Part shown: one piece after another, positions 54,058 to 64,000 of the stretch
How the letters are laid out: each line of letters opens with the position of its first letter
How positions within the stretch are numbered: the stretch's first letter is position 1
Source of the DNA: Octopus vulgaris
Lineage: Eukaryota
Assembly (NCBI GenBank): GCA_951406725.2
Contig: OX597826.1
Span: 27,652,001-27,716,000 of the forward strand
Reading direction: 5' to 3'
DNA length: 64,000 nt
The notes under the pieces: model-generated
Told to the model about the DNA's origin: nothing
Databases searched by the model: none
What the model saw: only the letters and a program-made list of their open reading frames with translations
Position numbers and translations under genes: made by a program

Positions 54058-54521
54058 AAATTCTGTCTTCTCTGCAATTCTGAGCTATTTTTCATTATTT
54101 TTTCTAAAAATACTCTAGTAAACACGGTTATAGAACGAGCATACAGATGTAAGCATTGGCAAAAGCATACTTTTAGTGCATATAAGTAGTCTCTATCATT
54201 ATATATAGTTTAGACTTTAATCTCCTTTATATTTAACATTCACTATTAATATCCCTACTCTTTCTGTTAGCTACTTATGACGTTATATCATATAACGTTT
54301 TTTTAAACAATATTAATAGCGTTCTGTCTATCGCTATACGAATCCATCATTTTTTGCTAAAATGTCGTATTGACAAGTTTCGTTTTTTCACTTTCCCGAA
54401 GAGAAGATTGCATTGTTTATACCTTTTATTCTTTTGAATAAGTATCAGTGGAATTTTTGAAACATATGTAGAAAGAAAAAATACTTGTTTAAACCTGCGT
54501 TGACTCCATTTTTTATTCCTA

Positions 54522-54526
<5 letters not shown>
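54058..54526 (+). repeat. 3' pseudo-LTR (overlaps the extreme C-terminus of the endonuclease frame)
   Basis: Near-identical to 51196-51664. Confidence 0.92.
54383..54481 (+). ncRNA. Hammerhead fold (3' pLTR copy)
   Basis: Same sequence as 51521-51619. Confidence 0.65.
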
Positions 54527-54560
<34 letters not shown>

Positions 54561-54563
<3 letters not shown>

Positions 54564-54930
54564 TTTTGTGCTTATTGCTTCTGTTGACAGTTCAAATACC
54601 GAGATTTGGAAGTGTTTCGCCATCTAAAGACTCTTTAGTGAAGTAGGCATATATATACCGAGATTTGGAAGTGTTTCGCCATCTAAAGACTCTTTAGTGA
54701 AATAGGCATATATATATATATATGCCTACTTCACTAAAGAGTCTTTAGATGGCGAAACACTTCCAAATCTCGGTATTTGAACTGTCAACAGAAGCAATAA
54801 TAAGCACAAAATGATATTCTTTGTGTCTAAATATGCTTTAGTTTTACAGAACTATTTTACTAATTAGATATAATTCCATCTCCCTAATTATACTGCGAAG
54901 ACCGTAGAATCGTAATATAATTTTTTTCAG
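54561..54930. mobile_element. Second PLE-type pLTR remnant: two minus-strand partial copies head-to-head with a plus copy
   Basis: 54561-54650 and 54658-54709 mirror 54722-54813. Degenerate hammerhead CTAAAGA-GTC(TTTAGAT)GGC-GAAAC...GTC. Confidence 0.65.
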
Positions 54931-55204
54931 TATTAATGCATATATATCTTTATCAATATCCCATTAATATCAACGATTGTCTTTTTTACCTTCACCATTT
55001 ATTTTGCTATCTCTCCTCTACTCTCTCATTTACTTTTTCACCAAAATTTAGCCACACACATACATGCATACACATATACATACATGCACATATATTTACA
55101 TATATATGCCTCTACGCTTGTATATCTATTTATGTAACTACCTATGTACGTATGTATGTATCTATCTCTATATATGTATATATGTATACATACATGCATA
55201 TATT

Positions 55205-55300
<96 letters not shown>

Positions 55301-55304
55301 TATA

Positions 55305-55495
55305 GTTAATTCAAATATACAAACAATTGAAATAAAGGGATAAAAAACGAACAAAAAACAACGAACGTGAGGATGTGCGAAAAATTAGCTTCACGATCGG
55401 TGAAAGGAGAGAGTTTAAGGTTTCGAGCATAGCTCTTCGTCGAAATGGAGAAAAGGAAAATGAAGGAGGAGAAGAAGTCACCATCGGGCCACATG
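55305..55495 (-). mobile_element. PLE pLTR remnant with degenerate minimal hammerhead
   Basis: Minus strand TTTCGACGA-AGAGC(TAT)GCTC-GAAAC; related to 58191. Confidence 0.55.
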
Positions 55496-56038
55496 TAATT
55501 ACACACACACATATACATAATTAGGAATAAAATATTCAAACCGAATATTCATAAAGATATTATTGTTGCTAATATTATCTACGATAAATATAGGTAATCA
55601 ATAATATCAGTAACAAAAATGCAGGCGGTTAACAGGCATTAAATAGCGCTATATAGCTATAAAACTTTTAAATTAAGGTTAAGCATCAAAGCGTTCGTAC
55701 ACCATACCTGTTAGAAATAGGCGATAGAACCCCAAACTAAGCCGCCGAAAAACTAAGAAGTAAGACAGAAGGTTAACGAATTCAATACATACCTTTGTAG
55801 ATAATGTAACTCAGATATTCGTTACCTAGATTTCGGAATTCTGGCCCTCTGGGCCTCAGTTCCTCATTATATATATATATATATTGCGTCTCGGGTCCTT
55901 TTCTGAGCACTTCTGAGTAGCGCCTATACAATCAACAAAAAAAATTACTATATATTTGTGTGTCTGTTAACCCACCATAGCTTGTCAACCGATGTTGATG
56001 TGTTTACGTAACTTAGCGGTTCGCCAAATGAGGCCGCG

Positions 56039-56069
<31 letters not shown>

Positions 56070-56434
56070 ACTGTATATAATAATGACAGTCTCAAATTTT
56101 GAAGCGACAATTTTTAAATATAAACAAATGGCCGAAAAGTTATGAGCTAACCTCGAGCTGAATCGAACCTACAAACCGATGATTTCATGGCTCTTTGCGA
56201 ATCTGATTGGCCAAATGCTCAGCCATCAATTTCAGTCAAATTTAGTTAACATATACATAAACTGTCTTAATACTACATAAATAATATTTTTATAAACACC
56301 CGAAAGCCTTTGCGAGTTACGAAGAGAAAGCTACTACGGAAGGCTCATAGTATCACTGTGCAATTACTATATATAATATATATCATAATGATATTTAATC
56401 TCCGATTTTGAAGCGACAATTTTTATATATGTGT

Positions 56435-56733
56435 GCATATATGGGTACAGGAGGTCACCAACAGTAAACATGAAATACGAAAACAATTTATTTCAATACA
56501 CAAACAACGAGAGAAACAAATGGAAAGCAGGACAAGTAACATAAACATCATCCCTTCATCAGTTGTCAGAAATGAGGAGTCGTAGATAGACAGCCGACAA
56601 CTGATGAAGGGTCGTTCTTTATGTTCCTTGTCCTCTTTTCCATTTGTTTCTCTCGTTGTTTGCGTATTGAAACATTTGTCTCCGTATTTCATGTTGTTTA
56701 CTGTTGGTGACGTCCTGTACCCATATATGCATA
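56435..56733. repeat. Imperfect ~300-bp palindrome of a pLTR-like terminus
   Basis: GCATATATGGGTACAGGA..TCACCAACAGTAAACA / TGTTTACTGTTGGTGA..TCCTGTACCCATATATGC; CCCTTCATCAGTTGTC / GACAACTGATGAAGGG. Confidence 0.85.
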
Positions 56734-56800
56734 TATATATTTGATTGAACGCCACGCATCTATTTCCAAGTTCCGTAAATAATAAGTTATATACTTTAGA

Positions 56801-56912
56801 CTTATAAGCGGTCGCCGTTTATTGGTTGTAGAAAATAGCCTGATACTGAGGGCTCATAAGCCCCCAGTATTAGACTGTTTTCTAAATCCAATACACTGTT
56901 AACACTTATAAG
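56801..56912. repeat. Loop-less ~112-bp decayed palindrome/hairpin
   Basis: ATTGGTTGTAGAAAATAGCCTGATACTGAGGGCTCA|TAAGCCCCCAGTATTAGACTGTTTTCTAAATCCAAT, with CTTATAAG at both ends. Confidence 0.8.
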
Positions 56913-56937
56913 CATACATCCTACACTTTTAAATTGC

Positions 56938-57010
56938 GTGCAGCTTGGTTTAACGGTAAAGCACTCCGCTGAACACTTTGAAGTCCGTGGATTCGAATCA
57001 CATGTCTGGC
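56938..57010 (+). mobile_element. tRNA-like SINE head (Pol III A/B boxes)
   Basis: TGGTTTAACGG ... GATTCGAATC; no convincing acceptor stem. Confidence 0.4.
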
Positions 57011-57104
57011 TGTTGACAAAGTTTTCCAAAGTGTAATTTACCCAATATTTTTGCTGTTTAACACAAAGTCTGTGTTCGAAAAAATATCATCTTGTTATTT
57101 GTAT

Positions 57105-57302
57105 TCTTTTATGCTTTAACTTGTTTTACTCATTTTATTGCAGCTATTCTGGAGCACCACATTTGTTCGAAAATATCGCCCCCCGAGACTTATTTTTTGT
57201 AAGCCTAGTACTTATTCTATCGGACATTTTAGCGAACCGATAAGTACAGGGACTTAAACACACGAGCATTGGTGGTCAAGCGATGGTGGAGAGACAAACA
57301 CA
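57105..57302 (-). mobile_element. SINE family A, 3' half
   Basis: CTGGAGCACC...GTAAGCCTAGTACTTATTCTATCGG...GAACCG.TAAG...GGTCAAGCGATGGTGG. Confidence 0.75.
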
Positions 57303-57327
57303 AATATATACACACGCATACATACAG

Positions 57328-57385
<58 letters not shown>

Positions 57386-57386
57386 G

Positions 57387-57457
<71 letters not shown>

Positions 57458-57462
57458 ATATG

Positions 57463-57505
<43 letters not shown>

Positions 57506-57539
57506 TACAGATATATATATATATACATTACAGATATAG

Positions 57540-57999
57540 GGTGAAAGATAATTAATTTAATAAAATCAACAAATTTCACCTAGCAGTATTTCGGTATGGA
57601 AAAGGACCATATTCGGTAAAAACTTATATAATTATAACAATAAGGGTTTTGCAACAAGTTGCTTGGCCACATACCGAAAATTTTAGAAATAGCAGCCAAA
57701 GGACTACTATTTCCTTTTTCTACAAAAATATGTCTCCACAGGCAACAATATTTGTAACTCACATATGCTAATTTCTTTCTTCCTCCTCCTCCTTCAATAA
57801 ATTGCTTTTAACAATTTTTTAAAATAACTTACCGGCTTTCCCTTCATCATACATGCAGTCATCACATATGTGAGTTACAAATATTGTTGCCTGTGGAGAC
57901 ATATTTTTGTAGAAAAAGGAAATAGTAGTCCTTTGGCTGCTATTTCTAAAATTTTTGGTATGTGGTCAAGCAAGTTGTTGCAAAACCCTTATTGTTATA

Positions 58000-58001
<2 letters not shown>
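57540..58001. mobile_element. PLE pLTR remnant with inverted duplication (arms 57631-57767 and 57865-58001)
   Basis: Near-perfect 137-bp arms. The spacer 57768-57864 recurs at 58446-58548. Degenerate hammerhead-like motif on the minus strand at ~57575-57622. Confidence 0.75.
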
Positions 58002-58067
<66 letters not shown>

Positions 58068-58190
58068 CATACGAGGGGCTTCATTCAGTTTCCGTTTAAA
58101 GAATCCGCCCACAAGATGCCACGCAGTGGTAATGTACCCGGAACCACATGGATGGGAAGAAAGCTTATTTTATAAGTATGTATATATATA

Positions 58191-58393
58191 GTTAATTCAA
58201 ACATGAACAAAGAGAAAACACAACAACGCGAGGACGTGGAACAAGTATAGTGTTATTGGAGGCTCAGGAAAGGAAAGAAAGAAGGAGGATTCAACGTTTC
58301 GAGCAGAGCTCTTCGTCAGAAACATAGAAAAGGAAAGGTCCAAAGAAGGGAAGCCGGAAAAAGAAAATCGCCAACCATACATACGCGGTCACA
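58191..58393 (-). mobile_element. PLE pLTR remnant containing an intact minimal hammerhead core (58289-58325)
   Basis: Minus strand GTTT-CTGACGA-A-GAGC(TCT)GCTC-GAAAC-GTT-GAAT, with a palindromic AACGTT stem III. Confidence 0.7.
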
Positions 58394-58399
58394 ACCTTT

Positions 58400-58715
58400 A
58401 TTCCTATTCACCTATCGCACTCTATCTCTCCACTTTTAGTTTACTGCTAATTTCTTTCTTTCTCCTCCTTCTCTTTCAATAAATTGCCTTTAACGTTTTT
58501 TTTTAAATAACTTACCGGCGTTCCCTTCATCAAACATGTAGTCATCACATTCGGTTACAATGTCTTATTGGTGCCTATTGTTTCTCTCTTTTTCCCTAAT
58601 GAGAAGATTGCGTTGTTTTACATCATTTTATTCCTTCTGGAATAATACCAATACTTTCTGCGAAACATATGTCAGAAGTATAAAGATTTGAATAACACCT
58701 CCGTTTAAACTCCAT
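58400..58715 (+). mobile_element. Diverged pLTR related to the intact PLE, with long-stem-II hammerhead relic
   Basis: TTCCCTAATGAGAAGATTGCGTTGTTT...TTATTCC(TTCT)GGAATAA...CGAAACATATGTCAGAAG parallels 51531-51612. Confidence 0.7.
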
Positions 58716-59767
58716 ATATATATCTATATATATATATATATACATACATACATACATACATACATACATACATACATACATACATACATACATACATACA
58801 TACGGGCATCTTTTAGTTTCCCTCAGCCGAATCAACTCACAGGGCATTTTTCGGCCCGGGGCTATATTAGGAGATGTTCAAGATGTCTATTATATTTTCA
58901 TTTTGTTATTAATATTACTTTTGGTGATTGGCGGATTCGATTTCAAAGCTTCATCAAGATAGACCGTAGCCAATTAGCAAAGAACTTTATTTGTAATTAA
59001 TCCGAAATCCACGGGGCTAATTCCGACAGTGATTGACGACGGAAAGATAAGGATGTCGAAGCAAGAAAAACAATTTTTAAGGCAAATATATACGCTACGT
59101 TTACATTCGGTTTCCTTGACAACCGAGTAATATTCAAATTATATCTGGAAGGGTTTTTAGGGATAATAAACAGTTGGAAATATTATCATTTAATCTCCAA
59201 ATAGAACTTAATCGAAGGAAATAGTAGAGTGGCGACATAAAAATTCTGTACAAGGAATACTACAGGCTATGACTAAGAGTACTTGACAAAAGTAACGTGG
59301 CCCAATTGTGCACTTGTTCCTCTTGAAATTGGGGAGCTGCAACATACAAGTACCAAAAACAAACATAGAAACGCGAGCAAGCGAACACATTTTTTCATTC
59401 TTCTTGAAGAGGATAAGAAAGGAGAAAAGAAATTTATAAAGTTTGACATCATAATGATGGTAAACAGGTAAACATAACGAATGAAATATTCTGCGCTAAG
59501 CTATATACAAGTTTGTGTGTATGTATGTATGTATGTATGTATGTATGTATGTATGTACGTATGTAAGAATATCTGTCTTGCTGTCTATCTACACACACAC
59601 GCTCACTCACACACGCACACACACATACACACGCTTGGGCACGTTAGAGAACACTTAAAAAAAAAGAAAATCGAAAGGTAGAACTCTAAAACTCGAATTA
59701 AAATTTATAACTGAGTAAGTTAAACATCAGAAGATGAGATACGCGTGCTCGGATAAAAATAATAGTA

Positions 59768-60351
<584 letters not shown>

Positions 60352-60599
60352 TGTAGGAGGATGGTTTCAAATTTTGGCACAAAGTCAGCAATGGTTTCGT
60401 TTCGTGTAGGAAGAACCACAGCGGACAACTATTCAAGTTGAGGATGGGCGAAAATGGTGAAGGGATGAATAATGATAGGAGGGTCTCTAGACGTAAAAGT
60501 CCACATGATTAGGGTGCACGAGCATAAGTTAAGGGGTTGAAAGTTGCCAAAAGTTTAGGATTTACAAAAAATAAAGTTTATCAATTACAAAAGTATCTC

Positions 60600-60952
<353 letters not shown>

Positions 60953-61639
60953 GAAAATATAGAAGGATTAAGTATGGAAATGAGTGGCAAGTTTCAAAAA
61001 CACAAATACTGGATTTCACCAAATATAAATTGACAAGTTGCTGACGCCGGTTTTATGAGAGAAACTAAAGTCAAAGGAGAATTGTTTGTTGTTTGTTTTA
61101 TATATTGCGTTATGTTATTTACTTGATCCGTTCTTTTTTGTTCTTCTTGAAGAGGACGAGAAGGAGAAAACTTTAAAACGTTAAGCATCATAATAATGGT
61201 AAACATTTTGTGGTACGGTAAGTGCGTACAAAGGTATGTATACCTACATACACACACACACACTCACTTATATAGCTTTTATAATAAAACAAAGTATGTG
61301 TGTGTGTGTGTGTTCCTTAAGGATTTGAAAACTGAGTTGCCTTATTTTGACATGAAGTATCAAAATATTTAGTAATCTTTCGGCTACCAAATAAAGTATA
61401 TTTTTACACAACTCTTTTTCACTACAAAAACATCCTCAAAATGTGGTTGGGTCGCACAATTTTGAGGTCTTCGGTAAGGAAGGCAACTATGCCTGAACAA
61501 TCTTTATGTCTTAGATAGAACATAATGAGAAAATGTTTAAAATACATGGAATTTTACCAGAGAATGCAACTTCGAATATATACCGTCAACATTATTAGTA
61601 TTATTTAGTAAATAACCTTTTAATGTGAAGTATGTTTGT

Positions 61640-62780
61640 GTTTTGTTTAGCCTAGAGTTGCCTCTGATATAGCAGATCCATTACATAGATATTTTTTCTT
61701 CCTGAAATACTGTAGTCCTGTCTTTCTTTTGATGAAAAGGTGAATGCTAAGAGATTTGGCTGCTATTTGTAGTAGCTCAAGTGTGTGAGTGTGCGTGTAT
61801 GTGTGTGTGTGTTTTGTTGTGGTGAAAAATTTTTTTTTTCTCAGAATATTTGGCATAATAACTTTTTAAGAAATCTGGATATTTTCCTTACTTCTAACCA
61901 TTCAACTTCAAATTACGAATATTCTTTTGCGGAATTTCTTGCAGTGTCCTGCCCATTATGCCGTAGAGCTGTTCAATATGGTTCATATTTGGTGACTTGT
62001 TTGGCCATGGAAGCTTTTGAATGCCATTCTCATCCAACAAATCTTAGGTCATTTTAACCGTGTGACAAGGAACTCCATCTTCCATAAATAAAAGGTCTTC
62101 TTTAATCATGTCACTAGTGAAGAAGATTGGAAGGCGTCTTTTCTGCAATATGGACTCATATTTATCTGAGTTTATGTTTTCCTCACCCTCCACCACCTCT
62201 GATCAATAATTGCTCCAAATTGCTCCCAGACCATCACAGAATAGCTGCCGTGTTTCATTATTGGCTGCAATCTTTTCACATCAAATTCTTGGTCACAGAG
62301 TCTCCAGACCCACACTCGACTACTGTCAGAAAATACAGCAAATCTAGACTCATCAGAGAATATAAGATTGACCCAAATTGCTAGCGGCCACTCCACCATT
62401 TCACTGGCCCAATATTTTCTCCGCTTGATGTTGGTTCGTCGAAGAAGTGGCTTCCTTCATGCTGATCTGCAATAGTAACCAAGATCTGCAATAGTAACCA
62501 AGCTGTTCTGGGACTAACATCAATTTGCTCTCCTATGTCAGAGGCCTTATAAGGAGAATTATCCTCCACACGTCACTTAACAAAGTGAAGGGTCCTGTCA
62601 GAGGGCCCTGGTTGATACGGGCGGCGTGATTTGGATTCCTTCTCCTCTTTGGTGAATTGCGCAATCACCCTATTAACAGTAGAAAGCGGAATCCCCAGGT
62701 TTTCTGCGATTTTACGCTATGTCCTCCTTCAGATTGACACACAATACGATCAACGCTTCTTTTGTACATGGTATGATTAA
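61640..62780 (-). pseudogene. Degraded Tc1-family (DD34E-type) transposase
   Basis: [18 protein letters not shown] (HTH), [21 protein letters not shown]...LQP.MKHG..SVMVW, FMEDGVPCHT, LPWPNKSPNMNHIE. Multiple frameshifts and a 19-bp tandem duplication at ~62463-62502. TIRs not resolved. Confidence 0.85.
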
Positions 62781-62931
62781 ACAGTTACATATAAAACCCG
62801 AAACATAAAAATGTCAATTAATAAAAAATATAAACCTTTACAAGTTAGAATAAACATAAAACCATGTTTTATGAGGTGTCTATTTACGTCTGTCTTGTTT
62901 GTGTTGTGTGTGTACACACACACATACACAT

Positions 62932-62993
<62 letters not shown>

Positions 62994-63044
62994 ACATATG
63001 TATGTATGTATCTATATATTCTCGCATACATTCATCAGCCTTTT

Positions 63045-63916
63045 CGTGTAGGTCTATGCTCTGGCGCTCCCGTTGATAACGGTGGTCTTCATTTTAAATA
63101 GCGTGAAACCACCAAGACATCTCGGAAGACAAATGATGAGAAAACCAGCAGCCAATGTTCCTTGTATCATGTTTTTGTCTCCCTTTTCTGTCCGTTAAGT
63201 TTTCGCCCAGTTTCGCGTATTCGTCCCTTCTCCGTCTAAGTTTTGAAATATTCATTGCAGCGCAACGCACCGTCATTTCTTTACTTAACTATAATAAATA
63301 TTCCCTGAATATTTGTAGTGCAACTCTTAGCGCTTTCTTCTCTCTCTGTTTTCCCTCCCCTCCTTAATTGCCTCCCTTGTATCCTATCCTCTTTCTTTGC
63401 CTTTCTGTTTGTCTTCTGCCTCTCTCTTTCCCTCTCTCATTCTTTAGTCCTTGTCGTTCTTTCTCGGTCTGCTCCTGATCAAACCAGACACGTTTTGTGT
63501 TCTGTCCGTCAAGGATTTATTCCATTTCTTTGCGCTACTTCACTCTGTCTGTCTTGATAATCGAAAAGGCTTTGCTTATATTGTTTTCGTGCATATACGC
63601 ATATTTATTCCATTTGTTTATTGTACGGCCATAAGAGATTTTCTATTGTATATGTACCATTCCTTGTTTGTTATATCCTGTCGTTATTTCTTATTGTACA
63701 TACAATGTTATTTTGTCCTGTCTTCGCACACATTCGTCAGTTACTCCTGTAGCTCTATCCTCTGGCTTTCCCGTTGATAAGAGTGGTCTTGGTTTTAATT
63801 AGCGTGAAACCACTAAGGCGTCTCGGAAACCAACTGATGAGAAAATCAACTGCAAATGTCCCCTGTATGGTGTTTTTGTCTCCCTTTTCTGTCAGTTTTG
63901 TTTTCGCCCAGATTAC

Positions 63917-63920
<4 letters not shown>
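63045..63920 (+). repeat. Pair of diverged ~170-bp direct repeats (63045-63220 and 63746-63920), pLTR-like
   Basis: TCCCGTTGATAA..GTGGTCTT..TAGCGTGAAACCAC..TCTCGGAA..TGATGAGAAAA..TGTTTTTGTCTCCCTTTTCTGTC..TTTTCGCCCAG in both. Confidence 0.75.
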
Positions 63921-63974
<54 letters not shown>

Positions 63975-64000
63975 ATGTGTGTGTCTGTGTGCGTGTGTAT

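Larger units (their letters stand above)
49822..54526 (+). mobile_element. Young Penelope-like retroelement (C-terminal EN, Hydra-clade-like): inverted arm, 5' pLTR, ORF, 3' pLTR, inserted in (TA)n
   Basis: Long RT-EN ORF, direct pLTRs, an inverted partial copy with only a few substitutions, and (TA)n at both ends. Confidence 0.95.

Noticed and set aside
56065-56425. Helitron-like non-autonomous repeat (TTTTGAAGCGACAATTTTT repeated at ~310 bp)
   Set aside because: No CTAG end or terminal hairpin found, so it cannot be classified.

Overview
AT-rich eukaryotic intergenic or intronic DNA, very rich in microsatellites. The tRNA-derived SINE families and repeat landscape point to an octopod cephalopod (inference). 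No host protein-coding exon could be supported, and almost all ORF-track entries are microsatellite translations. The main element is a young, near-intact Penelope-like retroelement (PLE; RT plus C-terminal GIY-YIG, resembling the Hydra clade) at 49822-54526. It has pseudo-LTRs, a 1.4-kb inverted arm, a probable 71-nt intron, three copies of an unusual long-stem-II hammerhead ribozyme fold, and an in-frame UAG in the endonuclease shared by both copies. Also present are a Neptune-like PLE 3' fragment with a CRE+CCAAT array, two R4/Dong-like LINE pieces in (TAA)n, two Tx1/L1-like 3' ends in (TATC)n, and RTE remnants. The rest comprises Tc1/mariner relics, a long-TIR MITE, an 18S rRNA fragment, many SINEs, about ten hammerhead-like pLTR remnants, and numerous fold-back palindromes, including one of 1.6 kb. 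All calls were made by eye; boundaries of degraded repeats are approximate.
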